A stretch of 64,000 nt of DNA from an uncultured Planctomycetota bacterium (GTDB taxonomy: Bacteria; Planctomycetota; Planctomycetia; Gemmatales; Gemmataceae), in assembly GCA_963849325.1 (NCBI GenBank), contig CAWKHF010000006.1:1-64000 (forward strand), read 5' to 3'. The notes beneath the pieces were generated by a model. The model did no database searches, had not been told where the DNA came from, and saw nothing but the letters and a program-made list of their open reading frames with translations. The position numbers were made by a program, and so were the translations under genes. The number at the start of each line of letters is the position of its first letter. The first letter of the stretch is position 1. Positions 1 through 13,690 of the stretch are shown here, piece by piece.

Positions 1-178
1 ATCGTCCAACTGTCCCGGATCAGTAGAATACCCCTTGAAAATCCCGCGTTTTTCAGTGGCTCAGGCGAAAAGAAAACTGAAAAGAATGGCGAAAAAACGC
101 GGGAAAACGGGCCAAAACGATGGGAACGGTGGGAACCATGAAAAACTACAACAACTTGAAAATACAGGAGTTGCGTCA

Positions 179-1239
179 ATGATAAGGATCGGCATAGTGG
201 GCGTCGGGTTCATGGGCATGATCCATTACCTGGCTTCGACCAAGCTGCGCAGGGCGCGGGTCACGGCCATTTGCACGCGCGATCCGAAGAAACTCGCCGG
301 CGACTGGCGCGGCATCCGCGGCAACTTCGGGCCGCTGGGCACGAAAATGGACCTCGGCAAGATCAAACGCTACGTCGACTTCGACGACCTCTGCGCCGAC
401 TCCGACATCGATCTCGTCGACATTTGCACTCCGACCCATCTGCATCCAGACATGGCCCGCGCCGCCCTGCGCGCGGGCAAGCACGTCCTGGTCGAAAAGG
501 CGATCGCCCTGACGCGCAAGGACGCCGACGCCATGCTGCAAGCGTCGGCCCGAGCGGGCAAGTTGCTCCTGGTGGCCCACGTGTTGCCATTCGTCCCCGA
601 GTTCGCCTTCGCCGCCGAGGCGATCCGCGCCGGCACCTATGGCCGGCTTCTCGGCGGACATTTCAAGCGCATCATCGCCCAGCCGGACTGGTCGGCGGAG
701 ATCGCCGACGTCGGCAAAACAGGCGGGCCCGCTATCGATCTGCACATCCACGATACGCACTTCATCGGCCTGATCGCCGGCATACCGCACAAGGTCTTCT
801 CCACTGGCATCGCCGCCGACGACAAGACCGTCACTTACCTGACGACGCAATACTTGTACGGATCGAAAGGCGGCGCTCCGGCCCTGTCCTGCTCCAGCGG
901 GGCGCTGGCCAAGAAGGGACGCGAGTTCGTGCATGGCTACGAACTCTATCTGGAAAAGGCGACCCTGCTCTACGAATCCGGCACACAGCCATTAACCGTG
1001 CTGACGAAGGACGGCAAGACGAAGCAGCCGAAACTCAAGGGTTCGACCGAGGCGACGGCGCCTTCACGGCGGAGATTCAGGCGGCGGTCGATGGTGTGTC
1101 CAGCGGCCGCGAACCGGACCTGCTCCGCGCCAGCCTGGCTCGCGACGCCCTGGTGCTGTGTCAAAAAGAATGTCAGTCGGTCCTGTCCGGCAACGCCGTC
1201 ACCGTGGGAGGCGAACGGCCGGCGTCAGCCGGCTGGTAG
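179..1239 (+). CDS. Gfo/Idh/MocA family oxidoreductase (frameshift near 1060)
   Basis: MIRIGIVGVGFMG Rossmann start, DLVDICTPTHLH, GKHVLVEK and DLHIHD motifs; C-terminus continues in the 271..1239 frame (AFTAEIQAAVDGV...). Confidence 0.88.
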
Positions 1240-1273
1240 AGACTACCAGCCGGCTGACGCCGGCCGTTCGCCT
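1209..1273. repeat. Perfect palindromic REP-like element between convergent genes
   Basis: aggcgaacggccggcgtcagccggctggtag-aga-ctaccagccggctgacgccggccgttcgcct. Confidence 0.85.
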
Positions 1274-2088
1274 TCACTTCTTTCCCAGGAGTTTCGAGAG
1301 ATTGACGCGCACTTCCTTGGTGTCGCCAGCCTTGACGATGAGCGGCGTCGGCCTTGGCGAGCAGTTCGCGTTCCATCGACGGCCGCCACTGCTTGACGCT
1401 GCCGCGCGCCGCATCGCCGAGCAACTTGGCCGCCTCGCCGCCCAGGCCGGCGATGTGCTCGACAACGAAATTATCGTAGCCGGACTCGGCTTGCAATACG
1501 CGCAGCCGGAACACCGCCTCCGGGAGAAGACCGCCGCTCGCGTCCAGCCGGGCCGTCGCTTCGCAGTGCAGCGTCAGCTCGCATCCGCAGACGAGCGCGG
1601 ATACTGCCGGAGTAGGTGCGCGTTCCCGAACGCCAGACCTGGCGATCGAAATCGACGTGCGTATCGAACGAGATGAAGGCCGTGAACGTCATGCGGCCCG
1701 GCTCGGGCTGACGCACCTCGCGCAGGTCAAAGACGAGCGTGTCCGCCAGGCGCTCGGCCGTCACGCGCACCTTCCACCAGCGACCGTCGTTCTTCGGCAC
1801 GTCCACGGTTTCCGGGTGGACGTGCAGACCCTTGCCGCGCCACTTGACCTCGCGCACCGGCTTTTGCAGTCCCCAGTGCCGCGTGTCTTCGTACAGCGGA
1901 GTGGGCAGGGCCTTGATGACGAAGCCGCGCAGCGTGCCGGCCAGGGCGTCCACCGAGCCGCCGCCCAGCGCCGCCAGGACGTTGCCCGCGTTGAGGGGCT
2001 TGGGCGAGGATGACACGCCCTGCGCGTGAGCCGTGAGCGGGACCAGGAGGACAAGGCCCGCCGCCATCCAGCTACCGATTGCTCTCAT
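1274..2088 (-). CDS. Hypothetical exported protein (frameshifted)
   Basis: Signal-peptide-like MRAIGSWMAAGLVLLVPLTAHA; coding-like text continues across ORFs 1471..2199, 1173..1514 and 1274..1465. Confidence 0.6.
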
Positions 2089-2379
2089 CTCCTTCGCTCC
2101 TCCGCTGTCGGATGCCGGATAATCGTCACATCCTGCCATCCAGGCGCGAACGGCCACGCCGGAGTCATGCTTATTCTCGACAGGCGCCGCATTTTCCATC
2201 CCAGCTCGTCGCCTCGCGCCAGGCTTGGCGTGTAGGCAAGATACGGCATCCGCCGAAAAAGAAAGAAGATCCGAAAGACAGTCAAGCGACGGAAAGGCGG
2301 AAGGAGCCGCCCTCCCGTCGGATGATCAGCGCCCAGCAGCCGACGACACACGATACGGCACCAGGGAAGGACGCCGAGG

Positions 2380-3257
2380 ATGACGCCACAGGGACGTTCG
2401 ACGCGCCGGCTCGCCGGGTTTTTGCTGGCGGCGGTCTGCCTGGGCACCGGCCCGGGCTGTCTCAGCTTCGTACATTCGCTCGATGTGCCGCCGAGAGAGC
2501 AGCTTCTGCAAGGCGAGATGGTCCCGGCACCCTGCCGCAATCGCGTCCACGTCTTCCTCATTCACGGCATGGACCCGCTGGACCTGGCCAACCTCAACGG
2601 CCTGACCGAATACATCCAGGCGCTAGGTTACATCAAGACGCACTACGGCCAGCTGTACCATCTGTGGGAGTTCAAAAATGAACTGCGCCGCGTCCACAAG
2701 GAAGATCCCGAGGCCCGCTTCGTGCTGATCGGCTTCAGTTTCGGCGCCAACATGGTGCGGCAGTTGGCCAACGCCGTCAAGGACGAAGGCATCGTCATCG
2801 ATTTGCTCGTCTACCTGGGCGGCAACACGCTGGAGAACACGCCTCCGAACCAGCCCGACCACGTCGTACACATCGTCAACATCCTGGCCGCGGGCTGTAT
2901 CTGGAATGGAGCGCAGATGGATCGCGCCGACAACCTTCATTTCACCAACGTCTGGCACTTCGGTTCGCCGACGCATCCGGGAACGCGGAAGGTGCTGGCC
3001 CGCGAGCTGGCGGTCGTGGCCCGACGGGTGCCGGTCGAAAAGGTACTGCCGCCGCCACCGCCGCCGTCGCCGGGGTTGGAGGAAGCGCCACGGCCGCGCC
3101 CCTGCGGACGGAGCAGGCACGGAAGGTGCCCGAGGTGGCGCCCGAATGGGACTTCCTCAGCTCGCGCGGGCCTTATCAGGAACCGCCGCGACCGGCGGCC
3201 GTCGAACCGAGCCGGAGCGCTTCCGCCCGGCGCAGGCCCTTCTCGGCCCTTCCGTGA
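2380..3257 (+). CDS. Putative lipoprotein with alpha/beta-hydrolase-like fold (frameshifted C-terminus)
   Basis: Lipobox-like GPGC, VFLIHG motif and LIGFSFGA nucleophile elbow; Pro-rich tail. Confidence 0.6.
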
Positions 3258-3268
3258 CGGGAACGGGT

Positions 3269-4131
3269 TCACTCCTGCACCACGGGATTACGCAGTACGC
3301 CGAGTCCGTCGATTTCCACTTCCACCACGTCGCCGTCCTTGAGGAAGACGGGCGGTTTGCGCGAAGCCGACGCCGGGCGGCGTGCCGGTGAAGATGAGGT
3401 CGCCCGGTTCGAGCGTGACGATCTGCGACAGGTAAGCGACGAGGTCGCCGGCGCGGAAGATCATCTGCCGCGTGTTGCTGTCCTGCATCGTCTGCCCGTT
3501 GAGGCGCAGGCGGATGCCGAGATTGTGCGGATCGGGAACCTCGTCGGCCGTGACCAGCACCGGACCGATCGGCGCGAAGGTGTCGAAGGTCTTGCCGGCC
3601 AACCATTGTTTGCCGTCCTTCTTGCAGCTGCCAGTCGCGGGCCGAAACGTCGTGGCCGATGGTGTAGCCGGCCAGGTGATCCATCGCGTCGGCGGCGCGG
3701 AGGTTGCGCCCTTTCTTGCCGACGACCAGGACCAACTCGGCCTCGTAATCGACTTCGCGGCTGACGGCCGGCAGGCGGATGGACTCGCCCGGCCCGATGA
3801 TCGCCGTGGCGAACTTGCTGAACAGGACGGGTTCTCTGGGGATGGCGGCGCCGCTCTCGGCGGCGTGATCGCGGTAGTTCAGTCCGATGCACACCACCTT
3901 GGGCGGATCGGGGATGGGCGCCAGCAGCCGAACCGATGCAGCCGGATGGCGCACGGCATCGGGACGGGCGGCCGCCTCGGCCGCGGCCCGCAGCGCGCCG
4001 GCACCGGCGGCGAGCAGACCGCGCACGCTCACAGGTAGGTCCGGCCGGCTCACATGCACATCGACGTAAGAATCACCCTGGAGCAGGGCCGCCCGAGGTC
4101 CATCCGGTGTCTGAATGGTCGCCAGTCGCAT
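3269..4131 (-). CDS. Fumarylacetoacetate hydrolase family protein (frameshifts near 3625 and 3360)
   Basis: [40 protein letters not shown] and [16 protein letters not shown] motifs. Confidence 0.92.
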
Positions 4132-4145
4132 GATGCCCTCTCTCT

Positions 4146-4215
4146 CAGTTCTGAGTTCTGAGTTCTGAGTTCTGAGTTCTGAGTGCCATTCACTCAGAAC
4201 TCAGAACTCAGAACT
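4146..4215. repeat. Heptamer tandem repeat (CTGAGTT)n followed by inverted (AACTCAG)n
   Basis: Directly visible between genes; the two arrays can pair into a hairpin. Confidence 0.9.
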
Positions 4216-4219
4216 TCTG

Positions 4220-5806
4220 CTACGCCAGCAGCAGCGATTGACGGGCGAACTGTACGAGCTGTTGCTCCAGGGAATGCAGCAGTACTGGCTTGACCCGCTG
4301 CGGGTCCGAGATCTTTTCGCCGTTCTGCTGGATGTTCAACTGACCTCCTTCGACCAGCCCGGTCAACTGCCGCACCAGGTTCGAGCGCGGGCATTGTCCG
4401 TCCAGTCGCAGCAGGACCTCGCGCGCGAAGGCGTTCAAGGTGATCGGCTCGTGACGAAGGTTCGTGACCTGCCAGGCGGATCGGGCCTGCCAGCGCGCCA
4501 GCGGCCGGACCAACGGCTGCGATCCGGCTTGCGTCGTCATCCGCAGCGGCCGCAGACGAAACTCCACCAATCCCGACGCGGTGGTGTAGAACTGCAACAA
4601 GGCTTGCCCCAGCACGCGCTCGTCTTCGGCGCTGGCCGCCGCGTCCGGGACCGCTCCTTCCTGGAGCTTGGCCCGCGCCCGCGAACACAGCTGCGGGAAC
4701 GACACCATCTGCGGCCACTCCTCGCTCAGAACCACCATCGCCGCCTTGACGATGGGGTGGATCGAAATCGCGGACGCTCCCGAAGGGGCCTGGAACTGTT
4801 CCTGCGTGGAGCCGCGGAGATTGGGCTGAGGAGAGATCGGCCGAACCGCGGAGCCGACGAAGAACGGCGTCAGGATCGCCGGGTCCAGGCGGTACTTCAC
4901 TTCGCGCTCGGTGTGGCACAACAGCGTCTGCCGGAAGGTCCGATTCCGCAGGAAGTCCAGGTACTGCTCCACCTGAACCAGGTCCGAGCCGATTCGTTGC
5001 AGGACCTGTCCGACCTGCTTGGGGAAGTGGCTGAACTCCATGGTGCTCAGCTCGGTGTCGGCCAGGTAGCGCAGCCGATGGGCGGCCGCGCGCTCGACGA
5101 ACTGATGGAAGTACAGCGGCGTATTGTGCTCCTCCAGGTGGTCGTGCAGCAGGTAGGAGTCCGGCTGCCTGCGTATCAGCTCCAATTCGGAGCGGAGATA
5201 TTGTCCATAGGGGTTCTGCTCCATGTTGATGGAGGAGACCAGGAAGTCGAGCAGGCCACGGGCCTGGGCGACCTTCTGGCGCGGATCGGGGAAGCGTTGG
5301 CCGTGGTAGAGCATCATGTCGCGGATCATGCCGCGCATGTGCCAGCCGGGCAGCGTGTTGTAACTGACGTAGGCGACGCCGTTGGCATCGAGGGACTGGC
5401 GGCAGATGGCCAGGATGCGTTCCTGCACTTCGGGCGGCACCCACGAATAAACGCCGTGGCAGATGATGAAGTCATACGTCTCCGCGCCGGCTCGAACGTC
5501 GAGGATGCTCTGGTGCCGCAGTTCGATGTTGTTCAGGCCCAGTTCCGCGATGGCCTTACGGCCCTCGTCCACCTGGCGCTGCGACAGGTCCACGCCGACG
5601 AAACGACTGTCGGGCAGTGCCTCCGCCATGGGGATGAGGTTGCTGCCGGCGGCGCTGCCCAGCTCCAGAACACGGCAGCGTTCCACCGGCGCCGGCGTCA
5701 GACCCAGGAGCGTGGCGACGGCGGCCAAGCGATCCGGATGGGTCTGCGGGAAGCAATAGCTGGGATAAGGGATCTGATCGTAGGTGGTGGAGGCGGTCTC
5801 GGGCAT
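4220..5806 (-). CDS. Class I SAM-dependent methyltransferase with methyltransferase regulatory domain
   Basis: VLELGSAAG SAM motif, YDFIICHGVYSWV, VSYNTLPGW, YLLHDHLEEHN and FRQTLLCH. Confidence 0.88.
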   Translation of the reverse strand: MPETASTTYDQIPYPSYCFPQTHPDRLAAVATLLGLTPAPVERCRVLELGSAAGSNLIPMAEALPDSRFVGVDLSQRQVDEGRKAIAELGLNNIELRHQSILDVRAGAETYDFIICHGVYSWVPPEVQERILAICRQSLDANGVAYVSYNTLPGWHMRGMIRDMMLYHGQRFPDPRQKVAQARGLLDFLVSSINMEQNPYGQYLRSELELIRRQPDSYLLHDHLEEHNTPLYFHQFVERAAAHRLRYLADTELSTMEFSHFPKQVGQVLQRIGSDLVQVEQYLDFLRNRTFRQTLLCHTEREVKYRLDPAILTPFFVGSAVRPISPQPNLRGSTQEQFQAPSGASAISIHPIVKAAMVVLSEEWPQMVSFPQLCSRARAKLQEGAVPDAAASAEDERVLGQALLQFYTTASGLVEFRLRPLRMTTQAGSQPLVRPLARWQARSAWQVTNLRHEPITLNAFAREVLLRLDGQCPRSNLVRQLTGLVEGGQLNIQQNGEKISDPQRVKPVLLHSLEQQLVQFARQSLLLA

Positions 5807-5818
5807 GGGTTGTCCCTC

Positions 5819-5890
5819 TGTCAGTTGTCAGTTGTCAGTTGTCAGTTGTCAGTTGCCTTTTCTGACAACGGACAACTGACAACTGACAAC
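5819..5890. repeat. Heptamer tandem repeat (TCAGTTG)n with inverted (CAACTGA)n
   Basis: Directly visible. Confidence 0.9.
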
Positions 5891-5970
5891 TGCGTCAGAA
5901 CGAAGGGCGATTTCGGACGCGGGCCGCGGAAAGGCCGTCGGGCCTTTTATTAGAGTAGCACAGGTTTGAA

Positions 5971-6002
5971 GGGAATAGGGAATAGGGAATAGGGAATAGG
6001 GG
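5971..6002. repeat. Heptamer tandem repeat (GGGAATA)n
   Basis: About four units downstream of the CBS gene. Confidence 0.85.
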
Positions 6003-6010
6003 CGAGAGAA

Positions 6011-6526
6011 TCAGCTCTTCTCGCACAGGCGGGTGATGTGCCGCAGCATGTCGCGCACGGAGATCATGCCCAGGGGTTGGCCGTCCTTGAGGACCGGCAG
6101 ATGGCGATAGCCGCCGCCGTCCATCTTGTGCAGCACGAACGCCAGCGTATCGGTCGGCCGCACCGTCTCCGGATTGGACGTCATGAAATCGCTCACCGGC
6201 CGCGAGGTATGATCGATGTCGGGGCTGGCCACTTTCGTCAGCAGGTCGCGCTCGCTGAAGATGCCCACCAATCGGCCGGCGTCATCGACGACCAGCACCG
6301 CCCCGATGTCATTGGACAGCATGACCTCGATGGCCTGTTTCACCGTCGCGCCCGCCGTCAGCGTCACCGCGCGCCGCGGCTTGAGCTGGCCGATGGTGTC
6401 TTCCATCAGGCTCCGCTCGACGCGGTCCTGCGCCGTCGGCCGGTCCAGCTGCGTCAGGTCGGCCTGGCAGTTGCCGCACTGCTCACTGCCCGGAAGATTG
6501 TCGAACGCGCAATGAGGACAAATCAT
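6011..6526 (-). CDS. CBS domain pair protein with N-terminal zinc ribbon
   Basis: CPHC...CGNC, then GAVLVVD..LVGIFSERDLL and YRHLPV..GMISVRD. Confidence 0.9.
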   Translation of the reverse strand: MICPHCAFDNLPGSEQCGNCQADLTQLDRPTAQDRVERSLMEDTIGQLKPRRAVTLTAGATVKQAIEVMLSNDIGAVLVVDDAGRLVGIFSERDLLTKVASPDIDHTSRPVSDFMTSNPETVRPTDTLAFVLHKMDGGGYRHLPVLKDGQPLGMISVRDMLRHITRLCEKS

Positions 6527-6528
6527 AA

Positions 6529-6622
6529 GTAGGGAGTAGGGAATAGGGAATAGGGAATAGGGAATAGGGAATAGGGAGGAGTGGCTGGCACTTCTATTCC
6601 CTATTCCCTATTCCCTATTCCC
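6529..6622. repeat. (GGGAATA)n / (TATTCCC)n inverted heptamer arrays
   Basis: Directly visible between korB and the CBS gene. Confidence 0.9.
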
Positions 6623-6624
6623 TT

Positions 6625-7647
<1,023 letters not shown>

Positions 7648-7775
7648 CGGATTAGTACCTCAAAATGGCAGGGCGTGGTCTCTTTCAGCATAACACAATC
7701 GGCTGCTGCCCCAGCAGGCGATCCTCGTAGAAGAACGGAACCCAGTAAAGCCCCGGGCGAGGAAACGGAGGAGGA

Positions 7776-9757
<1,982 letters not shown>

Positions 9758-9853
9758 GATGAAAAACGAAGCCTCCAGGCGGGACCGGGGCCAGGGGGAA
9801 CGCCGAAGGCCGAATGCGAAACCCCGTTGTCGGTTGTTTCCTTCCGCATTGGC

Positions 9854-10375
9854 TCAGGCTCCTTCGGGTTCGAGGGGCACGACGTTGGGGTCGGGGGGCT
9901 GATTGTAAATCGTGGACGGAAAATGCTCCGCCAGGTAATGGACGATACGTTTGACGGACAACACGCCCAACGGCCGTCCCGCCGGATCGACCACGGGCAA
10001 GTGCCGATAGCCTCCCTCCTCCATTCGACGCACGGCGGCGCCGATGGGTTCCTTCGGATGAACGACAACGGGGTTGCGGGTCATGCACGTGGCCACGGGC
10101 ACGGCCAGGGGCAGGCCGGCGGCCAACACACGCCGCATCAGGTCGCGCTCGGTGAAGAGTCCGACCAGTTGCTCGTCGTCGCGGCAGACCAGCACACAGC
10201 CGACTCGTTGCTGCCGCATCAAGGCGACGGCCTCGGCCACGCTCTGTTCCGGCCGGACGCGAAAGGGCGGCGTCGGGTGTAAGCGACTAACGCTTTCGGT
10301 CTTGATGTTCCGTGCAAGCTCGTGCAAGGCTCTGCTCTGCTCTGCTGTGCTATGCTCAACGCCTCGCGGCATCAC
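9854..10375 (-). CDS. CBS domain pair protein
   Basis: GCVLV..LVGLFTERDL and YRHLPVVD..GVLSV. Confidence 0.88.
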   Translation of the reverse strand: MMPRGVEHSTAEQSRALHELARNIKTESVSRLHPTPPFRVRPEQSVAEAVALMRQQRVGCVLVCRDDEQLVGLFTERDLMRRVLAAGLPLAVPVATCMTRNPVVVHPKEPIGAAVRRMEEGGYRHLPVVDPAGRPLGVLSVKRIVHYLAEHFPSTIYNQPPDPNVVPLEPEGA

Positions 10376-10546
10376 TGAATTCTGAGGAGAGTTCCTCCCG
10401 ACCCGGACACCCGATGCCTCCCATGAGTTTAGGATAGCACTTGGGCTTGCGGAGAACAGTTGAAAAAATCAACAGGCGAGATGGGGAAGGGTTGGCGGCT
10501 GTGCCGGCCAACGGGATTGCGCCGTGCGGGCTATCCAGCAAAGGGT

Positions 10547-10619
10547 CTTCGTTTCGCCGCGACGCGCAGCGGAGCGCGGGAGTCTCCCGCGCTCCGCTGC
10601 GCGTCGCGGCGAAACGAAG
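10547..10619. repeat. REP-like palindrome family A (gttt(c/a)gccgcgacgcgcagcggagcgc...)
   Basis: Perfect hairpin; six copies in the window. Confidence 0.9.
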
Positions 10620-10725
10620 TTCTTTGTGGACAAGCGAAGGACCGTAGGCGCCTCAAGATCGTCAAAGTCCGGCGTCGATACTATGGCCAAGCGTTCGTTA
10701 TCGCCGTGGAAGGTGCGGGCGAGTT

Positions 10726-11472
10726 ATGGGCTCGGGGCGAGGCCGGTCGTTGTGCTGGGCCGGACTGCTGGCATTCCTGCTCGGTTTGCCGGCCGGCTGC
10801 GTCACGTCGCGCACTCGGGTCGAGCAGGCCGTACTCGCCGGCCGTCCGCCGCCGGCCCATCTCGCCGAGATTGCCAACGCCTACCATGCTCATTGCCCCG
10901 ACGTACTCCGCGTGGACATCGCCGACGCGCCGCATTACAGCGGCGCCCAGCGCATCGGCCCGGATGGCCGCATCCATCTCGGCGACGCCTGCCGGCCACG
11001 GGTGGATGGCGAAACGGCGGCGGAGATCGTTCGCACCGTGGCCCAGTCCGTCGGCGTCTCGCCCGAGCACGTCCACGTCCAGGTTGCCGAGTACAACAGC
11101 CAGTATCTGTACCTGATTGGCCCGGTCGATGGTCTGCAGCGGGCCGTGCCGTACCGGGGGCCGGAGACGGTGCTCGACCTGCTGCGCCGCGTGGACGGCG
11201 TCACTCCCGCCACCGCCGTGCGCGACGTCAAGATCATCCGTCCCCACATCGCCGACGGCAAGACGCCGGAAGTCTTCCACATCGACCTGGCCGCCATCGT
11301 CCTTCGCAACGACCCGGAGACCAACGTCATCCTGGAACCGTACGATCAGGTCCACATCGGCCAATCGCGGCGCTCGTGCATCGACGCTTGCCTGCCTCCC
11401 TGGCTGCGCCCGCTCTATGAGCGTCTGTGCGGCATGAAACACGAACCCCAGGGAATAGGGAATAGGGAATAG
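10726..11472 (+). CDS. Polysaccharide biosynthesis/export (Wza/SLBB-like) lipoprotein; start uncertain
   Basis: Lipobox LPAGC, CPDVLRV, IGPDGRIHL, VAEYNSQ, NVILEPYDQVHI. Confidence 0.78.
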   Translation: MGSGRGRSLCWAGLLAFLLGLPAGCVTSRTRVEQAVLAGRPPPAHLAEIANAYHAHCPDVLRVDIADAPHYSGAQRIGPDGRIHLGDACRPRVDGETAAEIVRTVAQSVGVSPEHVHVQVAEYNSQYLYLIGPVDGLQRAVPYRGPETVLDLLRRVDGVTPATAVRDVKIIRPHIADGKTPEVFHIDLAAIVLRNDPETNVILEPYDQVHIGQSRRSCIDACLPPWLRPLYERLCGMKHEPQGIGNRE

Positions 11473-11546
11473 GGAATAGGGAATAGGGAATAGGGGCAGG
11501 GCTCCTTCTCTAATTCTCTATTCCCTATTCCCTATTCCCTATTCCC
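11451..11546. repeat. (GGGAATA)n / (TATTCCC)n inverted heptamer arrays
   Basis: Directly visible; overlaps the end of the upstream CDS. Confidence 0.9.
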
Positions 11547-11648
11547 TGGGAACTGTTCTTGCGGTGTCGCGCCCCGATCGCTATATCTCGCCGCCTCCAG
11601 GGGGTGAATCCGGCCGGACGGACGGCCAGGCACAGGGAGGCGAAAGGG

Positions 11649-13593
11649 ATGTCTGCTCGCAAGAAAGATCGTCGCGGTTGGCGCGGCGTCGCGGTGCTGA
11701 CGGGATGCGTCGTCGTCCTCGCCGGGGCCGGTTACTGGGTTCGTAGCGCCATGCTGCCGCGAGCCGATGCCCAGACCACGGCCACCTCCGCGCCGGCACC
11801 CGCCTCCGCGTCCGCTGGCGGCGAGGAGTTCTCCGATTACTCCCGTCGCGTCGTCGCCTACCTTTACGAGAGCGAGCCGATCACGCGCGAACAGTTCGGC
11901 GAATATCTCATCGACCGCTACGGCGACAAGATCGAGCTGCTCATCAACAAGCGCGTCATCGACGACGCCTGCCGGCAGTACAACGTCGAGGTCAGCGCCG
12001 GCGAGGTCGAGAGCGCCCTGGCCGAGGAATTGCAGGGTTTGGCCATCGACCAGAAGACCTTCGTCAATACGCTGCTGGCTCGCTATCACAAGAACCTGTA
12101 CGAGTGGAAAGAGGACGTCGTCCGTCCGCGTTTGCAGCTGACCAAGCTGTGTCGCAGCCGCGTGCAGGTCAGCGAGGAGGAGATTCGCAAGGCATTCGAG
12201 TCGGCCTACGGCGAAAAGGTCGAGTGCCAGATCATCCTCTGGCCCAAGGGCGAACGCGGCAAAGCCGACGCCCTGGCCGATTACGCTCGTCTCCGCGACA
12301 ATGCCGAGGCGTTCGATCAGAAGGCCAAGGCCCAGCCCAAGACCGAGTTGGCGGCCACCGCCGGCAAGGTCCGGCCCTTCGGCCGCTACGTCATGGGCGA
12401 CGACAATTTCGATCGCCTCGTCTTCCGCTTGCAGCCCAATGAGGTCAGCGAGGTCTTCGAGACCGTGGACGGGCCGGTCGTCGTCAAGTGCCTGCGTCAC
12501 TATCCGCCCGACAGCTCCGTCCACCTCGATTCGGTCCGCGACCAGCTCATTAAGCCGATCGCGGATCGCAAGGTGGCCGCTGAAATGCAGAAGGCGTTCC
12601 TGGTGTTGAAAAAGAAGGCCGACCCGCACGTCGCGCTCAAGAAGAAGGACAAGGCCGAGGACGCCGACGGTTTGTCGGCGGACGGCGGCCCGCGCTCGCG
12701 CCAGGTCGTCGCCGTCTATAATGGCCAAACGTCAATCACGCGCGAAGATCTCGGCGAGTTCCTCATCGCCCGTTACGGCGTCGAGCAGGTCGAATTCATC
12801 ATCAATCGGCGGATCATCGACAAGGCGTGCCGGTCCCGCGACATCAGCGTGACGGCGGCGGAAATCGAGGCGGGATTGGCCGAGGACTTGAAGAAGCTCA
12901 ACGTGGACCTCAAGGCGTTCGAGAAGGACTTTCTCGGGCCGTACAACAAGAGCCTGTACGAATGGCGCGAGGACGTGATTCGGCCACGTCTACTGCTGGC
13001 CAAGCTGTGCCGCGACAAGGTGCAGGTGTCCGAGGACGAGCTGAAGCTGGCCTTCGAGTCGCGCTATGGCGAGAAGCTGCAAGGCCGTATGATCCTGTGG
13101 CCGTCGGACCAGACGAAGTTCGCCCTGACGGAGTACGCCCGCATCCGCGACGATCCCAAGGCGTTCGACGAAGCGGCCCAGCACCAGGCGTGCAGCAGCC
13201 TGGCCGCCAAGGGCGGCCAGGTCGGACCGTTCGGCCGGCACACGCTGGGCAACGACGACCTCGAGCGCGAGGCGTTCAAGCTGCAACCGCGCGACGTGAC
13301 CACGCTGGTCGGCACGGTCGAGGGCCACGTCATGTTCAAGCTCGACAAGCGCATCCCGCCGGACACGTCGATCACGCTGGAATCGAAGCGGGCCGAGCTG
13401 ACGCGCGAGGTCTTCGAGCGCAAGGTGCAGTTGGCGATGCAGAACGTCCTTCGGCGATCTGCGCAAGACCGCCAACCCGCGCGTGATGCTGAAAAACCCC
13501 AACAAGCCGATCGACCTGGTCGAGCCGACCCGCAAGCTGCTGTCGCAGTCGCCCGGCGACATCGACCGCGGCGCGTCGGCCGGGCATCACTGA
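11649..13593 (+). CDS. SurA/PrsA-like peptidylprolyl isomerase with internally duplicated module (frameshift near 13450)
   Basis: N-terminal TM segment; two copies of ITRE..GE.LI.RYG...IN.R.ID.AC...YEW.EDV.RPRL.L.KLCR plus parvulin-like segments. Confidence 0.75.
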
Positions 13594-13606
13594 GCGCCGT
13601 CCGCAT

Positions 13607-13666
13607 TTGGTTTAGCCGCGACGCGCAGCGGAGCGCGCACTCCGCTGCGCGTCGCGGCTAAACCAA
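13607..13666. repeat. REP-like palindrome family A
   Basis: Hairpin homologous to 10547-10619. Confidence 0.9.
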
Positions 13667-13690
13667 TGGCCCCACAACAGGAGCGACCCC